Source: a virus
Length of the DNA: 64,000 bases
Strand: one strand, 5' to 3'
Virus record (IMG/VR): IMGVR_UViG_3300032157_000003
The notes beneath the pieces are model-generated. The model was not told the origin of the DNA, made no database searches, and saw nothing but the letters and a program-made list of their open reading frames with translations. A program made the position numbers and the translations under genes. Shown here piece after piece: positions 36,063 through 45,441 of the stretch. The first letter of the stretch is position 1. Every line of letters starts with the position of its first letter.

Positions 36063-36260
36063 ATGCTCATCCTCACCCGCAAATGCAACGAAACCCTCGT
36101 CATCGGTGAAGGCGACGATCAGGTCCGCATCACCGTCATCGCCGTGCAGGGCCAGTCGGTCCGCCTCGGCTGCCACGCCAAGTCCCACATCCCGGTCCAC
36201 CGCGAAGAAATCTACCAGCGCATCCTGCGGGAGCGCGAAACCGAGCATTCAGGGGAGTAA
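36063..36260 (+). CDS. csrA: carbon storage regulator CsrA/RsmA homologue
   Basis: MLILTRK..ETLVIG...[17 protein letters not shown]...[12 protein letters not shown]. Confidence 0.95.
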   Translation: MLILTRKCNETLVIGEGDDQVRITVIAVQGQSVRLGCHAKSHIPVHREEIYQRILRERETEHSGE

Positions 36261-36265
36261 CGACC

Positions 36266-36904
36266 ATGCAGCCGTACTTCAACCGCATCACCGCCGCTGG
36301 CGACACCTACGAGCAGGGCGAGGTCATCGCCCCTCCCTGCCACCTGCACTGGAAGGACCCGGACGGCTACTGGAACTTCTGGTGCCCGGTCACCAGCGAC
36401 ACCTCCGGCAGTAGCAGCAGCCCGCGCACCGAGCTGCGCGAGACCCAGCGTGACACCGCCGAGCTGTACAACTGGCGCCCTGCCGACCACAAGAGCAGCC
36501 GCTTGGAAGGTGCCGCCCTGATCCGCCGGGTGCCGAGCTCGATGAAGGTGATCGTCGCCCAAGTCCACGCTTTCGGCGCCGCCAACCCCTACGTCAAAAT
36601 CCTCCAAATGGGCAATGAGCTGCGGGCCGAAGTGCGCGCCCGTGCCGAGGATTCGGGCAGCCCTGCCGTGATCCGCGTGCCGATCACCACCCTGACCCCA
36701 CGCGCCTACTACACCATCGAAGTCACCGACACAGGCCGGCTGATCATCAACCTCAACGGCCAGCGCTATGAGAGCACGGTCCACCCGAGCTGGCTGCCGA
36801 CGCCGTTCTACTTCAAGGCCGGCGCCTACGTCATCGACAACGTAGGCCCTGCCACCGAAGGCGGCTGGGTGATCTACGAAAGCCTCAACGTCATCCACGT
36901 GTAA
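36266..36904 (+). CDS. polysaccharide lyase family 7 (alginate lyase-like)
   Basis: PL7 motifs PRTELRE, AQVH, FYFKAGAY. Confidence 0.85.
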   Translation: MQPYFNRITAAGDTYEQGEVIAPPCHLHWKDPDGYWNFWCPVTSDTSGSSSSPRTELRETQRDTAELYNWRPADHKSSRLEGAALIRRVPSSMKVIVAQVHAFGAANPYVKILQMGNELRAEVRARAEDSGSPAVIRVPITTLTPRAYYTIEVTDTGRLIINLNGQRYESTVHPSWLPTPFYFKAGAYVIDNVGPATEGGWVIYESLNVIHV

Positions 36905-36982
36905 CCAGTCACAAGAAATGCCTGGAGTTGACCGGGTACAGCGGGGTAGCCTACTCCCCTGTACCCAACTAGGACCCCGGCC

Positions 36983-37375
36983 ATGACCACCTACGTCGTC
37001 ACCCCCCTCCCTACGATCACCGTCTACGGCCTGTACCAGTCGTGGCACACCCGTGGCTATACCCAAGCCGACCTGCACCGCGTATTCGACACCGAGGCCG
37101 AAGCCAAGGCCCACGGCACCTCCTTGCAGCAGGCCAGCGATGCCGGCCACCCGCACTGCCGCCATTGGTACTACGTCGCGCCGATCAAGTGCGTGGCCCG
37201 CCTGTGGGTGGTCATGTATCAGGAGTGCTATGAGGGGGCGATCAGCATCGGCATTTGCCGCAGCCGCGAGGACGCCGAAGCGCTGAAGGCCAAGGTCATC
37301 GAGGACCCTGAACGCTACATCGGCAACCAGATTGACCCCGATGAGGTGTTCATCGAAGAAGACGTGTTGCGCTAA
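36983..37375 (+). CDS. hypothetical protein
   Basis: 130 aa; RBS AGGA. Confidence 0.65.
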   Translation: MTTYVVTPLPTITVYGLYQSWHTRGYTQADLHRVFDTEAEAKAHGTSLQQASDAGHPHCRHWYYVAPIKCVARLWVVMYQECYEGAISIGICRSREDAEALKAKVIEDPERYIGNQIDPDEVFIEEDVLR

Positions 37376-37572
37376 CGCCCACGGCTGACCTATAGTCGGT
37401 CCCCGAAGGGCGGGGCTCGCCTCTTCTCGTGGCAAGGGGTACTTGCTTCTTGAAGTTGAGCCTCGTCCTTCACCCCCTAGTTGCGAAAGTTGTGCGACCC
37501 CTAGCATTCCGGCCCTCCCCAAGCCAGCATGCGCCTCCTTGGAGACCAGTTTTTCGCCGGACCGGTCTTCCG

Positions 37573-37613
37573 AAAACCCCACCCCGTCACCATCCGGGCG
37601 TGGGGTTTTTGTT
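37573..37613 (+). terminator. intrinsic terminator
   Basis: AAAACCCCAC...GTGGGGTTTTTGTT. Confidence 0.6.
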
Positions 37614-37685
37614 ATCTACCCACCCCCAAACCCCAGCACGAACGCCTAAACTCAATTGCAAAGTCCTTTGCGAAGGAGCCCCGCC

Positions 37686-38078
37686 ATGCCAGTTCGTGCC
37701 CCCGCCTGCCAATCCGAATTGCTCGACCGCCTGCAAGAAGTCCTCGACCTTGCCTCGACCGGGCAAATCACCAGCCTGACCCGCCACCCCAAGGGCTACG
37801 AAGAGTTCTGGGCGCCCGGTGAGATCAACGCCGAATCCGAGCACCACGCCCTGACCTGCCGCGCCTTGCTCAAGACCCTGGCCGGACTCGACAGCGATCT
37901 GGTGTTCTGCCGCCATGAAGACGACCGCCTGCACCTGATCTGCGTCCGCCAAGGCTGGGCGATGGACAGCCGCTGTGGCTGGGTGTGTCGTCGCGAGACC
38001 CTGCCCTATCAGTGGATCGCGGCGCTGCGCCACGATGGCACTTGGTACCCGATCCTCAAACGGAGGCAAAACGCATGA
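37686..38078 (+). CDS. hypothetical protein
   Basis: RBS AAGGAG immediately after a palindrome copy. Confidence 0.65.
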   Translation: MPVRAPACQSELLDRLQEVLDLASTGQITSLTRHPKGYEEFWAPGEINAESEHHALTCRALLKTLAGLDSDLVFCRHEDDRLHLICVRQGWAMDSRCGWVCRRETLPYQWIAALRHDGTWYPILKRRQNA

Positions 38079-38458
38079 CATTCAATCTGAGTCCGCGCAG
38101 CCTGGAAAAGATGCGCGGGGTCCACCCGGACCTGATCCAAGTGGTGAAGTTGGCCATCACCCTGACCACCGTGGACTTCGCCGTCACCGAGGGCCTGCGC
38201 ACGCTGGAGCGGCAGAAGGAGCTGTACAACAAAGGGGCCAGCCGGACCCTGAAATCGCGGCATCTGACCGGGCACGCGGTGGATTTGGTGGCCTATATTG
38301 GCACCGAGGTGCGCTGGGACTGGCCCCTCTTCCACAAGCTGGCCGACGCCATGAAAGCCGCTGCCAAGGAGCTCAACGTGGCCATCGTCTGGGGCGGGGA
38401 TTGGACGAGTTTTCGGGACGGACCGCACTTCGAGCTGGATCGCAAGGTTTACCCCTAA
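38075..38458 (+). CDS. endolysin, M15-family L-Ala-D-Glu peptidase
   Basis: EGLRTLERQKEL...SRHLTGHAVDL...WGGDW..FRDGPHFEL (T5 endolysin-like). Confidence 0.92.
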   Translation: MTFNLSPRSLEKMRGVHPDLIQVVKLAITLTTVDFAVTEGLRTLERQKELYNKGASRTLKSRHLTGHAVDLVAYIGTEVRWDWPLFHKLADAMKAAAKELNVAIVWGGDWTSFRDGPHFELDRKVYP

Positions 38459-38464
38459 AGGCGT

Positions 38465-38492
38465 CAAAACCGGGCCTTTTGACCCGGTTTTG
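38465..38492 (+). terminator. intrinsic terminator
   Basis: CAAAACCGGG-N8-CCCGGTTTTG after the endolysin. Confidence 0.6.
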
Positions 38493-38628
38493 GTCATTTT
38501 TATGCGGTTTCGCCCCGCTTTCTCCCCAAAACTGGGGCTTTTCAGGGCGAAACCGTCGCTTTTTATGCGTAAACAGACCCTATACTGGGGCCTGAAAACC
38601 CCTTCCCGTACTGCCTGGAGCCTCCGCC

Positions 38629-39012
38629 ATGACCAAATGGGCACACGCCGACGTCCTCGATCAGGGGCCGAATTTCATCAAATCCAACTGCAACAAGCTG
38701 TGCGTGATCAGCGCCTACTCGGCGGCGGACTCCTACGCCACCGTCAACGGCAATATCTTGGCCGAAGTGACCATGGCCTCGGGTGACTTCACCCTTGCCA
38801 CCTCCGGCAGTGATCGAACATTGACGACCGCCGCCGGCAAGTCAGACGCCAGCGCCAACGCCACGGGCGCGGCCAGTCATCTGGCGTTCGTCGACACCGC
38901 CAACAGCAAGGTACTGTGGGTCACGGAGGAAACTTCCGGGCAGACCATCACCTCGGGCAACCCGGTGAACTTCCCGAGCCTCGTCTACACCGCTAAACAG
39001 CCAACTGCATAA
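38629..39012 (+). CDS. small virion structural protein (fibre-associated)
   Basis: MTKWAHADVLD...QTITSGNPVNFPS; Thr/Ser/Ala-rich, heads the fibre cluster. Confidence 0.6.
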   Translation: MTKWAHADVLDQGPNFIKSNCNKLCVISAYSAADSYATVNGNILAEVTMASGDFTLATSGSDRTLTTAAGKSDASANATGAASHLAFVDTANSKVLWVTEETSGQTITSGNPVNFPSLVYTAKQPTA

Positions 39013-39030
39013 CTTCAGGGGAAATCCATC

Positions 39031-39459
39031 ATGAGTAAGGGCAATACATTCGAGAACGACCTGTTGAAGTTGATCTTCAACGCCACGGCCATCGGCAACA
39101 TCGCGGACAACGCGGCTTCCAGCCCGCTGACCAACCTGTACGTGAGTCTGCACACCGCCGATCCGGGCGAGGCCGGCGACCAGACCACCAGTGAGATCAG
39201 CTACACCGGCTACGCCCGAGTGGCGGTAGCGCGTACCACTGGTGGCTGGACCGTGACCAACAACAGCGTGTCGCCGGTCGCCAACATCGACTTCGGCGCC
39301 TGTACCGCAGGCTCCGGCACGGCCACCTACTTCGCGGTGGGTACGGCGTCGTCGGGCGCGGGCAAGCTGCTGTACAGCGGCGCTGTCTCCCCGTCGCTGG
39401 CAGTGTCCAACGGCGTGACGCCACGCTTGACCACGGCCAGTACCGTTACGGAAGACTGA
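39031..39459 (+). CDS. Gp80-like virion/tail-fibre protein
   Basis: LYVSLHTADPGEAGDQTTSEISYTGYARVAV. Confidence 0.75.
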   Translation: MSKGNTFENDLLKLIFNATAIGNIADNAASSPLTNLYVSLHTADPGEAGDQTTSEISYTGYARVAVARTTGGWTVTNNSVSPVANIDFGACTAGSGTATYFAVGTASSGAGKLLYSGAVSPSLAVSNGVTPRLTTASTVTED

Positions 39460-39463
39460 AGCC

Positions 39464-39718
39464 ATGGCTCTCGACACCAGCGGCCTCATCGAAACCTGCG
39501 ACCCCTACGTGTGGATCGAGGAAAAGACAGAGGGCTACGTCCGTTACGTCAACCTCGACGGGCGACGGTGGGAGGTCTTTGGCGTTTGCGACAATCGTGG
39601 CGATTGCTGGGAGGGGGCGGTTGGACCCGCCCCCGAGCTGGACTGCCCGGTCACCCCTGAGTTCACTGGCTGCTGCCCCTTCACCTACGTGGAGCTGCCC
39701 CCTGCCGAGGTTGACTGA
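39464..39718 (+). CDS. Cys-rich small protein
   Basis: GVCDNRGDC...LDCPVTPEFTGCCPF. Confidence 0.65.
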   Translation: MALDTSGLIETCDPYVWIEEKTEGYVRYVNLDGRRWEVFGVCDNRGDCWEGAVGPAPELDCPVTPEFTGCCPFTYVELPPAEVD

Positions 39719-42321
39719 TGGCAACTAAGCTCTATTTCCACGCCGCCGCCAACGCCCTCTCTGGGACCTACCCAACCGGCGAGCAAGGCGCTGGCACACC
39801 CAGCTATTCGGGTACCGGCGCCACCACGCTGCGCAAGATGGACACCACGATTGGTACCAGCCAGACCTCAATGGCCGGTAGCTCGCTGGGCAGCACGGCG
39901 TTCCAGTTCGGGTTCTACGGGTTCTGGTGCTCACCGAAATTGAGCGGTGATCAGACCATTGGTGGCTCAGGCCTCGGTTACCGCCTCAACATCGCCAACG
40001 CCCAGTCCAACCTGAACATGGACTTTGGCGAAGAATGTGACGCCACGGCCTACATTTGGAACCCGTCAACCGGCGCTGTTCAGGGCACTTTGTTTGACTG
40101 GTCCAGCACGAATGGTGGCAACGGCCACGGTGCCCTAGAGCCTACGTCGGCATCTTCCGAACAGGTCAACCACGTCGTCGGACCTGAAACCAGTGCGGTC
40201 AACGCCAGCGACGGCTACGTGATCATTGTCGAAATCTGGATGCGGCACCAGCAGCCGATGGGTTCGTCCTATACCGGCACCATCTACTACGACGGCACCA
40301 CCGAGAACACCACGCCGCAAGCGGTGGTCAGCAACCACGCGAGCTTCATCGAGTTCGACCAGAACATCGTATTCCAAGGGTCGAGCAGCTCAATGGTGGG
40401 CAGCGCCGCTGGTACGGGCGCTGCCTCCGGCACCGGGCGGGTGACTTTTGCCGGTGTGGGTACTGCCGCTGGCACCTCGACGGCCTCCGGCACCGGGCGC
40501 GAGACGACTGCCGGTACGGCCTCCGCCACTGGTACGGGTGCTGCCTCCGGCACCGGGCGCGAGACGGCAGCGGCGACCGCCTCCGCCGCTGGTACATCGA
40601 CCGCCGATGGTGTCGGGCGCGAGACGGCTGCCGCCACGGCCTCCGGCGCAGGTACTTCGACCGCTGCCGGTGTCGGCCTGGAAACGGCTGCCGCCACTGC
40701 GACCGGTGCAGGGACTGCTGGGGGCACCGCCACCGGTACCGCCATCAATGCCTTGGCGGGTACTGCTGCCGGGACATCGACCGCTGCCGCGTCCGGCTCT
40801 GCTGTGTCCTCCAGCCCCGCGACCGCCGCTGGCACCTCGACGGCCTCAGCCGTTGGCGCGCTCGTGTTGCCCGCTGTTGCCTCTGCCGCTGGTACCTCGA
40901 CGGCTTCCGGTGTCGGCGCAGAAACTGCTGCCGCGACCGCCACGGCAGCAGGCACTTCGACTGTAGCCGCGACCGGCGCAGAAACGGCTGCCACGGTGGG
41001 CAGCAGCGCCGGGGTAGCCACTGCCAGCGGCACCCTTGCCGCCACGCACACCCTGACCGGCAACAACGCCCAGACCACGCCGACTTCCAGCACAGGCGCG
41101 ATCAGCCAGACCCACCTGCTGACCGGCAACAACGTCCAGGCCACAGCGGCCTGCACCGCTGCGGCAGTCGGCCAGAGCCACATCCTGTCCGGCAGTGCGG
41201 CCAGGACCATTCCGACCAGCAGCGTCGGGTCGATCAGCCAGAGCCACGTACTGGGTGGCAACGCGGTCAGAACCACCCCGGTTTCGAGCAACGGCGCGGT
41301 CGGGCAGACGCACCAGTTGCTGGGCGATGCGGCCAACCAGCCGAACATCAGCGGCACGGGCAGCGTCAGCTCCAGTGGCGACCTCACCGGCAACAGCACG
41401 CGCACCCTGCATATCAGCAGCGTTGGCAGCATCCAGCAGACGCAGACCGTCGCCGGGAATGCGGCCAACCAGCCGAACATCAGCAGCACCGGCAGCATCC
41501 AGCAGACGCACACGCTGACGGGCAACTCGGTCAACCAGCCGAACACCAGCAGCACGGGCGCCATTGGCCAGCAGGTAGACCTCACCGGCAACTCGGTGCT
41601 GGGCTACCATACCAGCACGAATGGCGAGATCAGCCAGACCAGCAACCCCGGCGTGTTCGTCCTGAAAGCGCTGCTGGCCATTGTTCAACTGAAAACGGGA
41701 GCGCATTTCTTGACGACACAAACCCACGACATCACGATGGCCAAGGGCAAGACCTTCTCCTTGCAGCTCAGCTATGCCGAGGACGAACTGGTCTACAAGC
41801 CGATCACGGCAATCCCGACCCTTGCCCCGGCAAGGCTCACCGTCACCGCCCACGGCCTGCCGTCGCGCTGGCCGGTACGCACCGAGAGCGCCATTGCGCC
41901 GACCGAGCTGGCCATGGTCGCGCCGAACTGGCGACTGGGCACCCGGTTTGACGCCAACACCGTCGAGCTCAACGACCTCAACCTGCTCAGCGCCAAGCCG
42001 TTTGTGGGTCCAGCCGTGCTGGTCTATCAGAAGCCGGCGGACATGACCGGCTGGAAGCTGCGCATGCAGATTCGAGACCTGACCAGCAACGCCCTGCTGC
42101 TCAGCGCGTCCAGCGACGTGTCAGACGGCGCCGTGGGCACCATCGACGTGGACGTCCCCAACAGCGCCTTTGTCGTCAACTTTACAGCGGCCACCACCGC
42201 CGCCGTGGCCTGGACCAAGGCCGGTTATGACATCGAAGCGATCCTGCCGGATGGCAGCGTGGTCAGCCTGATCGGCCCGAGCAAAATCACCGCCGAGAAG
42301 GAGTACACCGTATGGCCGTAA
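39718..42321 (+). CDS. long fibre-like virion protein with two repeat types and a C-terminal adaptor-like domain
   Basis: GTAAGTSTASG-type repeats, then HxLxGNxxQxxxSSxGxIxQ repeats, then the KGKTFSL...YDIE domain. Confidence 0.75.
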   Translation: MATKLYFHAAANALSGTYPTGEQGAGTPSYSGTGATTLRKMDTTIGTSQTSMAGSSLGSTAFQFGFYGFWCSPKLSGDQTIGGSGLGYRLNIANAQSNLNMDFGEECDATAYIWNPSTGAVQGTLFDWSSTNGGNGHGALEPTSASSEQVNHVVGPETSAVNASDGYVIIVEIWMRHQQPMGSSYTGTIYYDGTTENTTPQAVVSNHASFIEFDQNIVFQGSSSSMVGSAAGTGAASGTGRVTFAGVGTAAGTSTASGTGRETTAGTASATGTGAASGTGRETAAATASAAGTSTADGVGRETAAATASGAGTSTAAGVGLETAAATATGAGTAGGTATGTAINALAGTAAGTSTAAASGSAVSSSPATAAGTSTASAVGALVLPAVASAAGTSTASGVGAETAAATATAAGTSTVAATGAETAATVGSSAGVATASGTLAATHTLTGNNAQTTPTSSTGAISQTHLLTGNNVQATAACTAAAVGQSHILSGSAARTIPTSSVGSISQSHVLGGNAVRTTPVSSNGAVGQTHQLLGDAANQPNISGTGSVSSSGDLTGNSTRTLHISSVGSIQQTQTVAGNAANQPNISSTGSIQQTHTLTGNSVNQPNTSSTGAIGQQVDLTGNSVLGYHTSTNGEISQTSNPGVFVLKALLAIVQLKTGAHFLTTQTHDITMAKGKTFSLQLSYAEDELVYKPITAIPTLAPARLTVTAHGLPSRWPVRTESAIAPTELAMVAPNWRLGTRFDANTVELNDLNLLSAKPFVGPAVLVYQKPADMTGWKLRMQIRDLTSNALLLSASSDVSDGAVGTIDVDVPNSAFVVNFTAATTAAVAWTKAGYDIEAILPDGSVVSLIGPSKITAEKEYTVWP

Positions 42322-43139
42322 TCGTCTTCAACCCACTGGGCAAGGTGCTGGTCCTGCCCGGTCGGAATGCGTCGAACGTACCGGTCTCGGCAGGCGGTAT
42401 TCGCGGGGCTGATGGCCGCGCCATCAACCTTCGCAAGAGCGGCAGCAAAATCCAGCACCAACTGGATGGCGACCCATCGTGGACCGATATTGTCGACCTC
42501 TCCGAGATCACCGGCCCTGCGGGTACGAACGGCACCAATGGCACGGACGGCGTGGACGGGCGTGACGTTGAGTTCGGGGTCAGCGGCGGCTATATCAATT
42601 GGCGCTTTGTGGGCGAAACCAACTGGATCGCCCTGCTCTCCTTGGCCACCATCACCGGCCCTGCGGGTACGAACGGTACCAACGGCATCAATGGTTCCAA
42701 CGGCACCGATGGCGTGGACGGTACCAACGGCGTGGACGGCGACGATGGTCGTGAAGTCGAGTTGCAGGTGACTGGCACGCACATCCAATGGCGCTACGTG
42801 GGTGACGTGAGCTGGACCAACCTTGTAGCCCTGAGCGTCATCACCGGCCCTGCGGGTACGAACGGCACCAACGGCACCAACGGCGTGGACGGCGTGGACG
42901 GCGTGGACGGGGAGGATGGCACCAGCTTCACCAACGTCATGACCGCCTCGGGCGACCTGATTTACGGGGCCACGGCAGGTGCCGCGACCCGGCTGGCGAA
43001 GGGCACGGACGGCCATTACTTGGTGCTGGTCAGCGGGCTCCCGGCGTGGACCGCCCTGCCAGCCTTCGTGAGCCAGTCCACCTATGACACCGACATGGGC
43101 GACATCGCCGCCGCCCTCGCAGCCATTCTGGGGTCCTAA
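42312..43139 (+). CDS. collagen-like repeat fibre protein
   Basis: Three ITGPAGTNGTNG.. Gly-X-Y blocks alternating with REVE..GGYI.WR domains. Confidence 0.8.
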   Translation: MAVIVFNPLGKVLVLPGRNASNVPVSAGGIRGADGRAINLRKSGSKIQHQLDGDPSWTDIVDLSEITGPAGTNGTNGTDGVDGRDVEFGVSGGYINWRFVGETNWIALLSLATITGPAGTNGTNGINGSNGTDGVDGTNGVDGDDGREVELQVTGTHIQWRYVGDVSWTNLVALSVITGPAGTNGTNGTNGVDGVDGVDGEDGTSFTNVMTASGDLIYGATAGAATRLAKGTDGHYLVLVSGLPAWTALPAFVSQSTYDTDMGDIAAALAAILGS

Positions 43140-43141
43140 AT

Positions 43142-45409
43142 ATGACCATCGCAACGCAACTGACGGACCTCAACGACATCAAGCTGGCGATCAAGGCAGC
43201 CATCGAGGGCAAGGGCGTCACCGTGGGCAGTGCGGCCTACAACACCTACGCCGCCAAGATCGCGTCGATCTCTTCGGGCGTGGCCCGTCCGTCGCAGCCG
43301 TCCAACTACAGCGAGCCGGCCTGGGTGCGCCCTGCCGACTGGCTGACCCTGCCGACCATCACCGCAGGCACCGACCGACTGGTGGGCCTGTTCGGCGTGT
43401 TCGACCACGGCATGAACGTCGTTTCGGTCAAGGCAGCCGGCAACTACTCGGTGGACTGGGGCGACGGTTCGGCGGTACAGAACGTCAACTCCGGCGTGGC
43501 GGCATCGCACACCTTCACCTACTCCAGCATCGACTCTGGCACGCTGACCAGCCAAGGCTTCCGGCAGGTCATCATCCAGATTTACGCCCAAGGCGGCGCG
43601 ACCCTGACCAACGTCAGCATCAACTCCAAGCCGACCGAGTACGGCGCGGGCAACAACCACTCCCCGGCGTGGCTGGATGTTCACATTGCAGGGCCAAGCC
43701 TCACCTCGATCAACGTGGCGAGTAGCGCCTACCCGGCGGCTTCCGGCACGCTTGAGGCTCGCCTGTCGCAGCTCAGAAAGCTGAAGCTGAACGTCCCCGG
43801 CGTGACCAACTTTTTGAACATGTGCAACACGCTGTACGGGCTGTGTTCGGTGGAGATTCTGGGCGCTGGCAGCGTCACCAGCATGCAGTCCCTGTTCGAC
43901 AACTGCCGGTCGCTGGTAGAGGTCAGCATCGCCCCAAGCACGCTGGCCGTTACCAACTGCATCAACATGTTCAACGGCTGCTACAGCCTGCGCACGGTGC
44001 CGCTGTTCGACACCTCGCACGTCACCCGTACCGACACCATGTTTCAGGACTGCCGAGTGCTGACCACGGTGCCGCAGTTCAACTTGGCGGAAAGCACCAA
44101 CTGCAACAGCATGTTCAAGGACTGCCGCTCGCTGATTTCTGTCCCGGTGCTCAACACAGTGAAAGTGACGGACATGACCTCCATGTTCGCGTTCTGCATG
44201 AACCTGATCACCATTGAGCTGAGCAACTGCACCGCCTGCACCACCATGAACTCGATGTTCAACACCTGCTATGCGCTACAGAAAATCAAGCTGACGAACA
44301 CGGCGTCGGTCACCAACTTTGCCATCTTTGCGAGCACCTGCCGGTCGCTGACTGAGTGCGAGATTGGGTCCACGGCAGCGGCCACGTCGATGATCTCCAT
44401 GTTCCAAAACTGCCATCAACTGACCTATGGCCCGACGCTGGACACCGGCAACGTCACGCGCATGGACACCATGTTCCAGAACTGCTATTCGCTGCACAGC
44501 ACCCCGGCGTACAACTCGGTCAAAGTGACGAACTTCAGCAACATGTTCGATAGCTGCTTCGCCCTGATCAAGCCGGGGGCGCTGAACATGACGGCGGCTG
44601 TGACGCTCGACTCCATGTTCACGAGCTGCATCAGCTTGGCCGAAACCCAAGTCTGGGCGTTTCCGGCAGGGGTCACCTTCCCCTCGATGTTCAACAACTG
44701 CCCGAATCTGCAAACATTCGAGATGACCAGTTGTCCCGTGGGCACGACCTTCAACAACATGTTCAACGCCTGCGGAGCCTTGAAATCGGCAAAGATGGGC
44801 ACCCTGCCATCGGCCACCAACTTTGCAAACCTGTTCATGTCTTGCCGAGCTCTGGAATACCTGGAACTGGTCAACACCTCAACCGTGATGACCACGTGCG
44901 CCAACATGTTCAACGGTTGCTACGCCTTGGCGGACGTGCCGCTGTTCAATACGGCCAACTGCACCAACATGTCCAACATGTTTCAGGACTGCTACAGCCT
45001 GACCCGGCCACCGCTGTTCGTCACAACCAACGTCACCAACATGAGCAGCATGTTCAACGGCTGTGTCGCGCTCCAGAGCCTGCCGCTGTTCGACACAGCG
45101 AAAGTGACGACGATGAACGCCATGCTCTCGCTGTGCTACTCGCTGACGGCGCTTCCGGCCTGGGACGTGACGCTGGTCACCGACTTCGGCTCGTTTATCT
45201 CCAGCGGGCTGAGCATTGCGCGGGTAAAGTTCGTCAACCTCAAAGTGACGATCTCCCTCACCACGCAGATGATGGGCGCCACGGAGTTGAACGAGCTGTA
45301 CACCGCCCTCGCCACCGTGACGTCCAAGACGCTGACGGTATCCGGTAACCCCGGCTACGCGACCAGCACCACGTCGATTGCCACGGCCAAGGGATGGACC
45401 GTCAACTAA
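43142..45409 (+). CDS. BspA/DUF285-type leucine-rich-repeat protein, putative adhesin or receptor-binding protein
   Basis: About 19-20 repeats of ~23 aa (P.F.T..VT.M.SMF..C..L); SVDWGDGS PKD-like motif. Confidence 0.85.
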   Translation: MTIATQLTDLNDIKLAIKAAIEGKGVTVGSAAYNTYAAKIASISSGVARPSQPSNYSEPAWVRPADWLTLPTITAGTDRLVGLFGVFDHGMNVVSVKAAGNYSVDWGDGSAVQNVNSGVAASHTFTYSSIDSGTLTSQGFRQVIIQIYAQGGATLTNVSINSKPTEYGAGNNHSPAWLDVHIAGPSLTSINVASSAYPAASGTLEARLSQLRKLKLNVPGVTNFLNMCNTLYGLCSVEILGAGSVTSMQSLFDNCRSLVEVSIAPSTLAVTNCINMFNGCYSLRTVPLFDTSHVTRTDTMFQDCRVLTTVPQFNLAESTNCNSMFKDCRSLISVPVLNTVKVTDMTSMFAFCMNLITIELSNCTACTTMNSMFNTCYALQKIKLTNTASVTNFAIFASTCRSLTECEIGSTAAATSMISMFQNCHQLTYGPTLDTGNVTRMDTMFQNCYSLHSTPAYNSVKVTNFSNMFDSCFALIKPGALNMTAAVTLDSMFTSCISLAETQVWAFPAGVTFPSMFNNCPNLQTFEMTSCPVGTTFNNMFNACGALKSAKMGTLPSATNFANLFMSCRALEYLELVNTSTVMTTCANMFNGCYALADVPLFNTANCTNMSNMFQDCYSLTRPPLFVTTNVTNMSSMFNGCVALQSLPLFDTAKVTTMNAMLSLCYSLTALPAWDVTLVTDFGSFISSGLSIARVKFVNLKVTISLTTQMMGATELNELYTALATVTSKTLTVSGNPGYATSTTSIATAKGWTVN

Positions 45410-45411
45410 CA

Positions 45412-45441
45412 AAAAGGCCACCCGAGGGTGGCCTTTCTTTT
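45412..45441. terminator. bidirectional terminator
   Basis: AAAAGGCCACC-CGAG-GGTGGCCTTTCTTTT between convergent genes. Confidence 0.85.

Noticed and set aside
32280-38628. tRNA genes in the non-coding gaps
   Set aside because: No T-loop (GTTCRA) or cloverleaf seen by eye; tRNAscan-SE would be decisive.
42312-45409. Diversity-generating retroelement acting on the adhesin genes
   Set aside because: No reverse transcriptase and no TR/VR pair with adenine-specific mismatches found in this window.
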